A stretch of DNA of 63,983 nucleotides, the filler included, from an uncultured bacterium (GTDB lineage: Bacteria > Hinthialibacterota > Hinthialibacteria > Hinthialibacterales > Hinthialibacteraceae): NCBI GenBank assembly GCA_964449065.1. It is 4 parts of 4 records of this genome, joined end to end, with 100 filler letters (N's around TTAATTAATTAA, not from the genome) between each part and the next. Parts side by side here need not be neighbours in the genome. Positions count along the whole stretch, not along the records: positions 36,817 to 54,973 come from CAYVAZ010000067.1; 3 more parts are not named here. One strand, given 5' to 3'. The stretch's first letter is position 1. The number at the start of each line of letters is the position of its first letter. The notes below the pieces were generated by a model. The model made no database searches, was not told the DNA's origin, and was given only the letters and a program-made list of their open reading frames with translations. Below are positions 37,029 to 47,547 of the stretch, one piece after another. The position numbers and the translations under genes were made by a program.

Positions 37029-38555
37029 ATGCCTGAAACGTTTTATCTAACAACTGCAATTTCTTACGTAAATGCCAAGCCGCATATCGGCCACGCGTAT
37101 GAGTTTATTGCATCGGACGCGATTGTGCGCTATCAGCGTATGTTGGGCAAAGATGTGTTTTATCTTTCCGGGGTGGATGAGCACAGCGCGAAGGTTGAAA
37201 AGGCAGCGGCCGCCGCTGGTAAAGAGCCCGCTTCGTATTGTGAAGAAATGTCGGAAGTGTTTCGTCAGTTGCACCAGTTGGTTGGCTCAGACGTAAACCG
37301 GTTTATCCGCACCAGCGAACCCGTGCATCATAAAGTCACCAAAGAAATGCTAAACCGATCGAAAGCAAAGGGTGACATCTACCAAGATGTATATGAGGGT
37401 TGGTACAGCCCCTCCAGTGAAGCCTTTTTACAGGAAAGTGAATTGTTGGAAGGCAATTTGGATCCGATGACAAAAACGCCTTGTGTTTGGATGAAAGAAG
37501 AAAACTATTTCTTTAAACTTTCGAATTACGCGGATCAGTTAAAAGCCTATTATGATGCCAATCCCGCGTTTGTTTACCCGGCGAATTACAAAAACGAAAT
37601 GCTTTCGCTGATTGACCAAGGATTACGGGATATCAGCATTTCCCGCTCGACCACCAAATGGGGCATTCCGATTCCGTGGGACCCGGAGCATGTTGCTTAT
37701 GTCTGGTTTGACGCGCTGTCGAATTACATCACCGGGGTTGGGTTTCAGCATGACGAGAATCAATTTGAGAAATATTGGCCTGCCGATGTGCATGTAATCG
37801 GAAAAGATATCACACGCTTTCACGCTGTGTTCTGGCCTGCCATGCTGCTTTCAACCGGATTGCCTTTGCCGAAACAGGTTTTGGTGCATGGATTTATCTT
37901 TCATAAAGGCGAGAAGATGTCGAAATCGATCGGCAATGTGGTTGATCCGTTCAATTTGGTGAAGCAATATGGCAGAGACCCTTTGCGCTATTTCTTGCTC
38001 CGTGAAATCGCTTTCGGGCAAGATGGTAATTATTCAGAAGATTCTCTGATCAACCGTTATAACTCCGATTTAGCGAATGATATCGGCAACCTGTTTTCGC
38101 GTGTGATATCCATGATCAAAAAATACCGGGATAGCGTGGTGCCGAATCCTGCCGGCGTGGATGATGAATTGCGCGCTCTGTATCATAAAACGGTTGATGA
38201 TTATCAAGAGCAAATGAATGTGTATGCTTTGCACCGCGCGTTAAGCGTGGTTTGGGAACTAATCGGATTTGCCAACCGCTATGTGGATGAACAAGCGCCT
38301 TGGGCATTGGCGAAAGACGAGAGCAAAGCGGATCAACTCGACCGGGTGCTATTTAATTTAGCGGAAGCGCTGCGTGTCACGGCTGTGTTGGTGTATCCCT
38401 TTATGCCCTCAACCGGCGAAGAGATGCTGAAACGCCTCTCCTGCCCGTTTGAGAACTTTCCATTGCTGGAAGACGCGAAGGTGGAAAACATGACCGCTGG
38501 AAAGACGGTGATTACCGGCGATGCGTTATTCCCCCGTTTGGAGAGTGAGAAATAG
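37029..38555 (+). CDS. metG: methionine--tRNA ligase (short form lacking the C-terminal tRNA-binding domain)
   Basis: HIGH, DEH, WGIP, YVWFDAL, GKDI.RFH, KMSKS. Confidence 0.97.
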   Translation: MPETFYLTTAISYVNAKPHIGHAYEFIASDAIVRYQRMLGKDVFYLSGVDEHSAKVEKAAAAAGKEPASYCEEMSEVFRQLHQLVGSDVNRFIRTSEPVHHKVTKEMLNRSKAKGDIYQDVYEGWYSPSSEAFLQESELLEGNLDPMTKTPCVWMKEENYFFKLSNYADQLKAYYDANPAFVYPANYKNEMLSLIDQGLRDISISRSTTKWGIPIPWDPEHVAYVWFDALSNYITGVGFQHDENQFEKYWPADVHVIGKDITRFHAVFWPAMLLSTGLPLPKQVLVHGFIFHKGEKMSKSIGNVVDPFNLVKQYGRDPLRYFLLREIAFGQDGNYSEDSLINRYNSDLANDIGNLFSRVISMIKKYRDSVVPNPAGVDDELRALYHKTVDDYQEQMNVYALHRALSVVWELIGFANRYVDEQAPWALAKDESKADQLDRVLFNLAEALRVTAVLVYPFMPSTGEEMLKRLSCPFENFPLLEDAKVENMTAGKTVITGDALFPRLESEK

Positions 38556-38558
38556 ACC

Positions 38559-38891
38559 ATGCTTTCAATGAACCATGATGAACAAGAATGGCTGAACTCG
38601 TATCAGGGAGAATTGAAAAAGCAGTTCCCCGGTGTGGTTCAGCAATTCATTATCTACGGTTCCAAAGCGCGTGGAGATTTCCATGCGGATTCCGATTTGG
38701 ATATCGTTTTAGTCGTAACCGAAACCGATTGGAAGATCAAACAGCAAATACAATATCTCGGTTATGAATTGTCAATTGGAAAAGATGTTCTTCCTTCCCT
38801 CATGATTTTTGACCAGGGGGAATGGAATAAACTGAAAGATATGCAGTCTATTTATCAAGAAGAAGTAGAGAAGGATGGTGTGAGAGTTTGA
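38559..38891 (+). CDS. minimal nucleotidyltransferase (MNT) domain protein
   Basis: YGSKARGDFHADSDLD motif; 110 aa ending KDGVRV. Confidence 0.9.
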   Translation: MLSMNHDEQEWLNSYQGELKKQFPGVVQQFIIYGSKARGDFHADSDLDIVLVVTETDWKIKQQIQYLGYELSIGKDVLPSLMIFDQGEWNKLKDMQSIYQEEVEKDGVRV

Positions 38892-38910
38892 CGAGAAATA
38901 GATATTCACT

Positions 38911-38999
38911 GTTGCCAAAAATGCGTTTGGATTGAAATGAACTCTACTTCAGGCTCGGCGGGAGCCTCGCCTTCCTAAAAAGAACCTACTTTTGGCAAC
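38911..38999. mobile_element. about 90-bp MITE-like element with GTTGCCAAAA TIRs and a REP-like core
   Basis: GTTGCCAAAA...TTTTGGCAAC perfect 10-bp inverted termini; core GGCTCGGCGGGAGCCTCGCCTTCC; second copy at 63840-63928. Confidence 0.7.
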
Positions 39000-39007
39000 G
39001 ACTCTCG

Positions 39008-40843
39008 TTACCCCAATTGATCCAGCAACCGCTCCGCTGAGGATTCAACCGCGTTCAAGAGGCTTTCAAACCGTTTGATGGCGTTGGCTTTTTTCTCTTT
39101 ATCGCCTGCATTGGCGGGGCATAGTTTTAGGTATTCAAATAACTCTTTCGGCGCGCCGTTTTCGATAATGTATTCCGCTACCGGATTGGACATAAGTCCG
39201 ATGCGGTATTCTTCCAACTTCCGTTCCAAAGCGGCAAGCGATATTTGATCTTTGTTCTTTAAATACTCCCTGCCCTTTTGCGCTTTATTTAATCGGCTTT
39301 GCAGCAAATCCTTTAACTGCTTTTTGATATCCTGCTTTTTACCGGGTTGAACCGCTTTATTTTTCTCCATGATACTTCTGATATGAGATACTACGCTTCT
39401 ATTTGATGATGCGTATTGTTGCAACGCATCCGACAAAGTCATGATTTCGGTTCCATGAATTTTCGCGCCGCCCTCGGTAGCGTCGATTACGGCGGCGTTG
39501 GTTTGTTTGATGTCTTCCGCCAGCATGTTGATGTAGACCAAAAAGTTGTGCATGGTCGGTACTTGGCTGCCATCCACTCCTTCTACCCAAAAGAGTTGTT
39601 CACGTGTGTTTTTCGTTTCATCTTCAATGGTTGAGACCTCAACGTAATTTTTCTCATCATCGATAAATCTTGCTTTGCGCGTATTGGCGGCTTGCCCGGT
39701 ATGTGTTGCTCCGGTATTGGGCTCCAGTGCAAGGTCTTGTCCGATGAGGATGATGGGATCACAGCCGAAATAGGATGCCATATATATCCCTGCCTGTGAA
39801 ACCATGCTTCCCTTTTTGATGATGCCTTTGCCGCCGGTTTGTTCATCCAGCCAAGTGAAGAATTCATGCTTATCGGTGCAATAGGTTCGTGTTTCATGAA
39901 ATTTTGCCGGGATTTCCGGGCGGGCTTCGGGATCAAACAACAGGCGGATCGACGAATCATACATCTCCGTTTTAAAATGTTTGAGATTGAGTTCTGTGGG
40001 ATCTACAGTTACAACAAATTGCGGTTTAATGTTGTGATTGAGGCACGTTTCCAGTGCGGTATCCGTTGCGAAAATAAGAGCATGATCCTGATAATCCACT
40101 AGCCGGTCTATGTTTTTTATTAACGATGGTCCGGCGGCGACTATCACCGCCGGGATTTCTTTGCATTGCCGCGCGAAGGGCTTTATGCCCGGGCTGGATT
40201 GAATGGTATCCATGTTTTGGAACAAGTTGGTTAATGTCAACAGCCCGTCTTTCATCTTTGTTGTCAAACCGCTGGTACCGAACTGGATGATGGCATTGAT
40301 CTGCTGCCGGGCTTCTTGCGCCCATTCGGGAAAGGTATTGGTAATGGGCGGTTGATCGATCAACAATGGCGGATTGGCCATGAAATCAATGACATAGGGC
40401 ATCAATTCTTGATAGACCTTATGATGATCGGTACCAACAATGAAATGAACCCGTCGGTCTCCCAGCAGGGCGGTTAAGTCAATAGTCTGTAACGCTTGCC
40501 GAAATACACTAACGGATGGTTCCAACACAAACAGGTTGCGAAAGGTTTGGTGGCTTTGATGCAGCAATAGCGGCAGATATCCCAAGCCGCAGCCCATCAG
40601 GATGATGTTGTGCTTGGCTGTAAGGTCCGCGATTGAATTCAACAAATTTTGGCAGTAGCCAATGGGGTCATCCGGATGATGCAGCGCGCTAATACCGTTT
40701 TGCGTTTGGACCAAAAGGGTTGGGTATTGCGTTTTGCCCGCCTGCAATTGCGTTTGCGCGTCGATACTGTTAGACGATATCAAATTCGCTAACGTTTGAT
40801 TTCTTTGTTCTAGAATCTTTGTATTTTTTGTAATAAGGTTCAT
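39008..40843 (-). CDS. motility-associated factor (Maf/DUF115) flagellin glycosyltransferase family
   Basis: GCGLGY, IVAAGPSL.KN, P.FVVTVDP, GCDPIILIGQDLA, IDATEGGA; likely start MNLITK. Confidence 0.88.
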   Translation of the reverse strand: MNLITKNTKILEQRNQTLANLISSNSIDAQTQLQAGKTQYPTLLVQTQNGISALHHPDDPIGYCQNLLNSIADLTAKHNIILMGCGLGYLPLLLHQSHQTFRNLFVLEPSVSVFRQALQTIDLTALLGDRRVHFIVGTDHHKVYQELMPYVIDFMANPPLLIDQPPITNTFPEWAQEARQQINAIIQFGTSGLTTKMKDGLLTLTNLFQNMDTIQSSPGIKPFARQCKEIPAVIVAAGPSLIKNIDRLVDYQDHALIFATDTALETCLNHNIKPQFVVTVDPTELNLKHFKTEMYDSSIRLLFDPEARPEIPAKFHETRTYCTDKHEFFTWLDEQTGGKGIIKKGSMVSQAGIYMASYFGCDPIILIGQDLALEPNTGATHTGQAANTRKARFIDDEKNYVEVSTIEDETKNTREQLFWVEGVDGSQVPTMHNFLVYINMLAEDIKQTNAAVIDATEGGAKIHGTEIMTLSDALQQYASSNRSVVSHIRSIMEKNKAVQPGKKQDIKKQLKDLLQSRLNKAQKGREYLKNKDQISLAALERKLEEYRIGLMSNPVAEYIIENGAPKELFEYLKLCPANAGDKEKKANAIKRFESLLNAVESSAERLLDQLG

Positions 40844-41126
40844 GAGTAAATGTTGGATTCCAAGATGTATTGATATCGGGTAAGTGGAAGTATATATGAA
40901 ACCCCATAATGCCAATATACAACAACATGTTGATTTGCAAAAAGCATCCAAAAACAATCAAAACGAAACGCAGCCCACCATGACCATCTCTGCTCACTCG
41001 ATTTGAACCGACATTCTTATTGCAACTTGATATTATACATTTCTCGTTAAGAATTAGACGCTGAGTTTGGTAAACGTCCGCTTGTTTTTAAAACGGATTG
41101 AAAGGCAAATATTGAAGGATACTTCT

Positions 41127-41585
41127 GTGGCAATTCCATTTTTAACCAAAGAAAAAGCAGATGATTTGATTGAACGCCTCAAGCGGATTCAAGCAACGGA
41201 CACCCCCAAGTTCGGTACCCTGAACCCCACTCAACTCATGCGCCACCTGCGCCATGTCTTTGAGGTTTCTCTCGAAAAAGTAGAAGAGAAAGACATCAGC
41301 AATATCATCACCCGTTCCGTTGTAAGAGTTTTGTTTTTTCATTGGTTTACCAATTGGCCGAAGGGCAAGATTAAAGCACCGGATAGTTTTACCCCTTCTC
41401 CGGAATACGGTTTTGAAGAAGAACGCAACCTGCTATTGAATGCGATTCATGAATTTATAGAGGAAGCCGAAAAAGACCCCAACCGCAAAACGCTGAGCCC
41501 TTTGTTAGGTAAGTGCACACTGGAATACTGGCGCCGCATCCACGGCATTCATGTAGAGCACCATTGCAAGCAATACGATGTTTAA
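41127..41585 (+). CDS. DUF1569/DinB-like protein
   Basis: PKFGTLNPTQLMRHL, P..G, H.EHH.KQY; GTG start after GAAGGA. Confidence 0.8.
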   Translation: MAIPFLTKEKADDLIERLKRIQATDTPKFGTLNPTQLMRHLRHVFEVSLEKVEEKDISNIITRSVVRVLFFHWFTNWPKGKIKAPDSFTPSPEYGFEEERNLLLNAIHEFIEEAEKDPNRKTLSPLLGKCTLEYWRRIHGIHVEHHCKQYDV

Positions 41586-41641
41586 ATAACTGTTTCAAAT
41601 GACGGAGGAGCACTTCATGGCTAGTTGAATGAAGCGTCACT

Positions 41642-43432
41642 CTATTTCATCTTTTCCAACTCATACAAGCGGCGGCTATACAAATTCAATATTTCCGCCC
41701 GCTTTACCAATCCCAAAAATTTCTTCGTTTCTTCATCCAACAATGGAATTTCCGTCTCAACCCGCTCATTCATCTTCCGCAAAACGCTATGCAAATCTTC
41801 ATCGCGGGTGATGTACGCGAAATCCGAATCGACAATATCCGCCGCCAACACCAAATCGCGCATCTGTTCTTCCAAAAATAACTCACGAACGTGATCCATC
41901 GAAAACGTCCCGATGATATCCCCCTTCGAATTCGTCACGGGAAACACATTCTGCGTTGTATTTAGGATCAAAGGCAGGATTTGACGTAAAGTATAGGTAT
42001 ATGGAATCGTCAACCCGCCGTCTTGAATTTTTAACTCATTCACCCGCAATCCCGCCAAGACATCCTGCCGGTATTCCCCAAAATGCACCGGAGAATCCGA
42101 TTTTGTCGGCACTTGTTCTTCGTACAACGTAAAGCGGTCGGTGATCAAATACGTCATCGATGAGACCAGCATCATGGGCGGCAGCAATTTATATGAACCG
42201 GTCATCTCGGTAATCATCAACAAACTGGCTATCGGCACTTTCGCGATTCCGGCAAAAAACGCCACCATTCCAACCAACGCGAACGAGCGGGGGTCTTCTA
42301 TCCAGCCCGGCAAGTTCTGATCAAAAATTTGCCCGACAGCCCCACCCAACATGGCGCCAATGAACAAAGAAGGACCAAAGACTCCGCCGCTGCCGCCGGA
42401 TGAAATCGTAAACGATGTCGCGATGATCTTCACCAATGCAATCGATAACATGAAGGTTATGCCCATATTCTCGTTCAAGGCTTTTTCTATGTATCCGCTG
42501 CCGGTTGAAATCACGGCCGGGAACCCCAACGCCAATAGCCCCATCATCAACCCGCCCAGCATAGGCTTAAAATGGTTGGGAACCGGAATCTTCTTAAAAA
42601 AATAATCCCGGCAGCCGTAAAACATCACGACATAAAACACACCCAACGCGGCGCACACCAATCCCAACACAGCATATGGGAACAATTCCCAAATCATAAA
42701 GGTAAAATCGGGAGTATGGTATAATTGGTTTTCGCCGGTGATGTAGGCATATAACGAGTAGGAAACAAGAGAAGATATTAGCGCTGGTATAAGCGCTTCT
42801 GTTTCAATATCATCGCGGCGGTACAATATTTCCATGGCCAACACGGCCGCGCCAAGAGGCGCGTAAAAGATCGCCCCGATTCCACCTGCCGTCCCCGCAA
42901 CCACCAGTAAGCGCAGATCGGCCGCATCCATTCGCAGCATCTGTCCCAGCCATGAGCCAAACCCGGCGCCAATTTGCGCAATCGGCCCCTCCTGTCCCGC
43001 CGAACCGCCGGAACCAATCGTAATGGCAGAGGCTATTGTTTTAATCACAGGAACTTGCGGCCGTATTTTTCCCCGCAACTGATGAAACGCCCGAATATAC
43101 GAATCCGTCCCATGTCCTTCCGCCTCCGGCGCCCAGGTATAAACCAACACGCCGCTGATGAGGCCGCCTATCATAGGCAAAAGAGGAAACAACCAATAAT
43201 TCCATCCATCAGCAGGCAATAAGATAGAGCCGTGCCCCGGATTTTGCTCCATTCCCCATCCCAACCCGGTGATGAGAAAAAGGTTTAAACTTTCCCCAAT
43301 TAAAAAATGAAACAGGATCGCGCCAAACGCGGATATCACCCCCACCAACGCGGATAAAAACACCCATTTCCCGCCGTGAAGCGCGTTCCATGGGACATAC
43401 CAAGGACGTGGTTTTTTTGCTGAATCGGGCAC
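41642..43432 (-). CDS. ClC-family chloride channel/transporter with two CBS domains
   Basis: PEAEGHGTD, GSAGQEGP, GGSGGVFGP, EMTG.Y; C-terminal CBS pair. Confidence 0.93.
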   Translation of the reverse strand: MPDSAKKPRPWYVPWNALHGGKWVFLSALVGVISAFGAILFHFLIGESLNLFLITGLGWGMEQNPGHGSILLPADGWNYWLFPLLPMIGGLISGVLVYTWAPEAEGHGTDSYIRAFHQLRGKIRPQVPVIKTIASAITIGSGGSAGQEGPIAQIGAGFGSWLGQMLRMDAADLRLLVVAGTAGGIGAIFYAPLGAAVLAMEILYRRDDIETEALIPALISSLVSYSLYAYITGENQLYHTPDFTFMIWELFPYAVLGLVCAALGVFYVVMFYGCRDYFFKKIPVPNHFKPMLGGLMMGLLALGFPAVISTGSGYIEKALNENMGITFMLSIALVKIIATSFTISSGGSGGVFGPSLFIGAMLGGAVGQIFDQNLPGWIEDPRSFALVGMVAFFAGIAKVPIASLLMITEMTGSYKLLPPMMLVSSMTYLITDRFTLYEEQVPTKSDSPVHFGEYRQDVLAGLRVNELKIQDGGLTIPYTYTLRQILPLILNTTQNVFPVTNSKGDIIGTFSMDHVRELFLEEQMRDLVLAADIVDSDFAYITRDEDLHSVLRKMNERVETEIPLLDEETKKFLGLVKRAEILNLYSRRLYELEKMK

Positions 43433-43587
43433 AAGTATTTTCGCGATCTAAAGATGAGTGAATGGTTATCCGCCAATTTTGAATCTAACTCGAATGATAA
43501 CCTTGTCAATACAGAGCCCTACCTATCTTTTCATCGCTAAGTAAGATATCGCCATGTTCGACACAAACTCCCCTAACGAGACAATCC

Positions 43588-44976
43588 ATGAATCCGGAAG
43601 AACAAAACACATCCGGTCTCAAACCCGGAGGTTTTCTGGAATTTTTCTCCATTGCAACCCCGTTAATCATCAGCAACGGGGCGATCTCACTGCATCATTT
43701 TGTCGACCGTCTGTTTCTTGCCTGGTATGGACAAAATGAAATCGCCGCCTCCCTGCCCGCCGGAATCTTGGCCTACACCTTCATCTCCTTCTTTTTGGGT
43801 ATCAGCAGCTACACCAACACGTTCGTAGCCCAATATTATGGAGCCCAGCAATACCAAAACATCGGCAAAGCGACTTGGCAGGGCATTCATTTCTCTATCT
43901 TCGCGGGAATTGCATCGCTTTTATTGTTGCCGGTTGGCAATTCCATCATTCATCTCGCCGGCCACGACCCTGACGTAATGAAGTTGGAATACACCTACTT
44001 CAACTATATCTACGCCTGTATCTTCTTTTTCATCATCAACGGTGCCCTGAGCAGTTTCTATTCCGGCAGAGGCAAAACGCTGCTCATCATGCTTATTACC
44101 GTTGCCAGCACACTTCTCAATATCGTGCTGGATTACGCCATGATCTTCGGCAAATGGGGATTCCCTGAAATGGGAATTAAAGGGGCCGCAATCGCGACGG
44201 TCATATCTGCGATTGCGATGACAGTGGTCTATTTCATCTTGATTTTGTCCAAAACAAATCACGAAAAATATCAAACACGCACCACTTATGGCTTAGATTA
44301 TGATCTCATTAAAAAAATGATCCGCTTCGGCACTCCCGCCGGGGCACAAAACTGTTTAGGGATCGCATCCTTCACGGTTTTTGTATTCTTAATCGGGCAA
44401 GTGGGTACTGTTGAACTTGCGGCCAGCAACATCGTCATCGCCATCAACACCATCTCGTTTATGCCCGCTGTCGGGGCCAGCATTGCCGCGGCAACCATGG
44501 TGGGGCAATACATCGGCCGAAAAGACCACCATCTCGCCGAGCGCTCAGCCTATACCGCGGTTTATTCCGTTGAAGCCTTTATGCTATTTTTAATGTTCAT
44601 TTTCTTCTTTTTCCCGGAACCAATTATGCGTATTTTCCAAGGAGATATGATGGAGGGAGCCGCTTCTTTTGAAGCCGTCATTGAATACGGTTCCATTTTG
44701 CTCTTGTTTGTAGCGGTCTACCAAGTATTTGATGCCATGCTTATCACCTTTTCCGGCGCCTTGCGCGGCGCGGGGGACACCGCCTTCCCCATGTGGACGG
44801 AACTCATCTGCGCGTGGTGCTTCTTTGTTCCCGGCACTTGGATTATCTTATTTGTGTTCGACGGCGGCGTGATCTTCGCTTGGTTTTGGGCTTCTATCTA
44901 CATCATGGCGGTGGGATTGGTGCTATACTACCGTTTCCGGTGCGGCTATTGGAAAACCATTCACGTGATCGATTAG
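43588..44976 (+). CDS. MATE family efflux transporter
   Basis: DRLFL, VAQYYGA, NIVLDY..IFG.WGFPEMGIKGAAIAT, GALRGAGDT; 12 TM. Confidence 0.93.
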   Translation: MNPEEQNTSGLKPGGFLEFFSIATPLIISNGAISLHHFVDRLFLAWYGQNEIAASLPAGILAYTFISFFLGISSYTNTFVAQYYGAQQYQNIGKATWQGIHFSIFAGIASLLLLPVGNSIIHLAGHDPDVMKLEYTYFNYIYACIFFFIINGALSSFYSGRGKTLLIMLITVASTLLNIVLDYAMIFGKWGFPEMGIKGAAIATVISAIAMTVVYFILILSKTNHEKYQTRTTYGLDYDLIKKMIRFGTPAGAQNCLGIASFTVFVFLIGQVGTVELAASNIVIAINTISFMPAVGASIAAATMVGQYIGRKDHHLAERSAYTAVYSVEAFMLFLMFIFFFFPEPIMRIFQGDMMEGAASFEAVIEYGSILLLFVAVYQVFDAMLITFSGALRGAGDTAFPMWTELICAWCFFVPGTWIILFVFDGGVIFAWFWASIYIMAVGLVLYYRFRCGYWKTIHVID

Positions 44977-44994
44977 AATATCCTGGGTGAATCA

Positions 44995-46134
44995 ATGTTT
45001 TCGTTATTATCCTCTTTGCTTATGGATTGTTTTGACACCGTTACAATCATCCTGTTGTGTTTCACTCTATTATTTTTGTTCATGCCTTCATCCAGAATGA
45101 AATTTACGAAAGTATTTCCTTTCCAGACGGCAATGATGGCGTCATTTTTCTTCACACTGGCAGCAGGGTGGTTTTTTATCCGCTGCGGCTTGTGGGTATT
45201 TTTCTTCGCGCAGGCTTCCCTGGAAAGTCCCTACATCCGCTTTCAAGTCGCAGGCCCGGTCATTGCGTCAGAGCGAGCCGTTACCTGGAACTTTCCCCGG
45301 TTAAAACAAACCATCGAAGAAACCCACATCCACAATGAACGCTCTCTCAAAACCGAAACCGATTTCAGCGATAACCAAATTAATCTAATTACCGACGGCC
45401 TCAATCAAGCCGAAGCCTTCCGCCAATCTCTCTTCGAACCCTATCCCTCAAGCAAAACCAAAATGGAAGTTATTGCCCAGGCCCTTATTGAATTCCAAAA
45501 GTTAGCAACCCCCCAACTGACCGGCCGCCCCAATCTCGATGATTTCTATCTCGATCAACAAGAATTGCTGGACAAAATGTCCGGCAAAGCCGGCCGCATT
45601 TACGACGATATTGCCTTCGAACTCTTCAACGGAAAGTGGTACGGCAACTGGGATCAAAACCAGGTCGATCACCGATGGGATGCGGCGTATGTATTTGATC
45701 CATCATTAAACATCAAAACCGAAAACCTCATGTGCGTCCGTGCGCTGCAATATGCTTGGATTGGCGACGGCTTCGGCTGGAACGCTGTGACCGCACCGAA
45801 ATGCCAAAATACCGGGGATGTGATTTTGGGGACGGTCTATCATGTCCGCAATCAAGACCCGGATGACATCTATGTCCACCGTCCTCATGTGGGCATTGCG
45901 CTGGATGAAGGACAACTGATCTGGCTTACCAAAAGCGACATTTTTTTAGAACAAGCCTTCACCCATGAAAACGAACCGGAAAAAGACTATTATGTCATCA
46001 CCGGCTGTTGGTATGAAATAAAAGACGGAACATGGCAAAACGTTGACCGCGGCTTTCAAGCGGTATACACCCGTGATCCCAATAACCGGCCGGAATGGTA
46101 CCGTTTCCCTCTTGAACTCTCCATTGATCTTTGA
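44995..46134 (+). CDS. hypothetical membrane-anchored protein
   Basis: 379-aa ORF in operon-like position; Trp-rich C-terminal beta domain; true start may be 45097. Confidence 0.7.
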   Translation: MFSLLSSLLMDCFDTVTIILLCFTLLFLFMPSSRMKFTKVFPFQTAMMASFFFTLAAGWFFIRCGLWVFFFAQASLESPYIRFQVAGPVIASERAVTWNFPRLKQTIEETHIHNERSLKTETDFSDNQINLITDGLNQAEAFRQSLFEPYPSSKTKMEVIAQALIEFQKLATPQLTGRPNLDDFYLDQQELLDKMSGKAGRIYDDIAFELFNGKWYGNWDQNQVDHRWDAAYVFDPSLNIKTENLMCVRALQYAWIGDGFGWNAVTAPKCQNTGDVILGTVYHVRNQDPDDIYVHRPHVGIALDEGQLIWLTKSDIFLEQAFTHENEPEKDYYVITGCWYEIKDGTWQNVDRGFQAVYTRDPNNRPEWYRFPLELSIDL

Positions 46135-46188
46135 ACCGGCCTTTCGTAAAATAAACTATTGATAAACAATAAAGCGAGGACAATCTAA

Positions 46189-47190
46189 ATGAAATATATA
46201 CTTATCGGTTTATTAACCACGACTCTTCTCTTTCCATACAACAGCAAGGGAGAAGTTCTCGAAACCATAGATGCCATCGTGAATGGACAACTGATCCTCT
46301 CCGGCGAAGTGGATTATGAAGTGCAGCAGCTCCTGCGGGAAGAAAAGCGCGCCAACCTATCCCAACGTGAACTCACCATATTAAGACGGAATGTGCTGCG
46401 CAATTTCATCGACGAAATTTTGGTTGTCCAAGAAGTACGCGAAAAACTGAGCGAAGAGCAGCGGGAGCAAATCGCAAATCAGATTGAAGAAGAAACCAAC
46501 AAGCAATTGCAGCAAATCCGCCGGCAATTCACCTCTCCACAAGATATACGGAGATTAAAGCAAATGTACGGTTTGAGTTGGGAAGATTTTCGCCGCATGC
46601 GGGCGCGCCAAATAGAACGGGACTACTTAGTTAATAATGTCGCGCGTTCAATGGCTATGGCAAAAAATCCCATTGAACCACCCACCCCGCAAGCATTGGA
46701 AGCATTTAAGCGCAACCATCCAGACAAAGAACCCGGCGATAAAATAGAAATCGCCCATATCTTGCTCCGTATTCCTCCTAACGCCACATCCAGACAAATC
46801 AATTCCATCGAACAAAAAGCCAATGAAATTGCAACCCAGGCCCGAAATGGCACGAATTTCTCCCGGTTAGCCCAGCAATTCTCCGATCATGACGAAACAA
46901 AAACGACAGGGGGAAATCTTGGCGCATGGGATCAAGATACGATTCGAAGTGAGTTTGCATTTCTCTTTGGACAACCGGAAGGCTATATTTCCGATCCGGT
47001 TCGAACTTCAACCGGTTTTCATATCGTGAAGGTGGTAAACATCCTCACTTGGGAGGATGTGTATTATGAAACCAAACATGTCCAAAACGTGGATGAATGG
47101 CTGAAAAATATCCGGGAAAACGCGGAAATTAAAATCCGCTATGATGACGAGTTGGAAAAAGAATTATTGGAGAATGAAGGGGTGGAATAA
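46189..47190 (+). CDS. SurA-like periplasmic peptidyl-prolyl isomerase (parvulin)
   Basis: signal peptide, I.AIVNG SurA_N, IAHILL, F..LA.QFS, GGNLG, PVRTSTGFHIVKV. Confidence 0.88.
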   Translation: MKYILIGLLTTTLLFPYNSKGEVLETIDAIVNGQLILSGEVDYEVQQLLREEKRANLSQRELTILRRNVLRNFIDEILVVQEVREKLSEEQREQIANQIEEETNKQLQQIRRQFTSPQDIRRLKQMYGLSWEDFRRMRARQIERDYLVNNVARSMAMAKNPIEPPTPQALEAFKRNHPDKEPGDKIEIAHILLRIPPNATSRQINSIEQKANEIATQARNGTNFSRLAQQFSDHDETKTTGGNLGAWDQDTIRSEFAFLFGQPEGYISDPVRTSTGFHIVKVVNILTWEDVYYETKHVQNVDEWLKNIRENAEIKIRYDDELEKELLENEGVE

Positions 47191-47547
47191 CTATACGTTT
47201 TCTATGGCTTTTTGCAGGTCAAAGCCGGTGTCAAAATCATCGATAGTGTCATCATCCGTCTTTTTAATTTCGCCCATCTCTACCAGATTAAACACAATAT
47301 CCCCAAAGTCCTTACCATAGCGTATCCCCCATTCCTGCAAAACCGTCCAAGCCAATATACCATATTTTTCCCGTGCCAATTGAGCAATACCTACCAACAA
47401 TTCCTGTCCGGTTACATGCTTCGGTTTCTTAAAGTGTTTTTGGGTATGGTGTAATGCTTCAACGGTAAACATATACGCATTGGGGTGAAAACGGCTGTCA
47501 TGTTGGTTTAGCCATTGTAAAAAACGTTCTTCGTTTTTTTGATCCAT
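47191..47547 (-). CDS. Minf_1886-family (Verrucomicrobia/Planctomycetes-type) conserved protein
   Basis: AY.F..EAL, HVTGQELL.GI, YG.LA..VL..WGI....DFG.IVFNLV. Confidence 0.85.
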   Translation of the reverse strand: MDQKNEERFLQWLNQHDSRFHPNAYMFTVEALHHTQKHFKKPKHVTGQELLVGIAQLAREKYGILAWTVLQEWGIRYGKDFGDIVFNLVEMGEIKKTDDDTIDDFDTGFDLQKAIENV

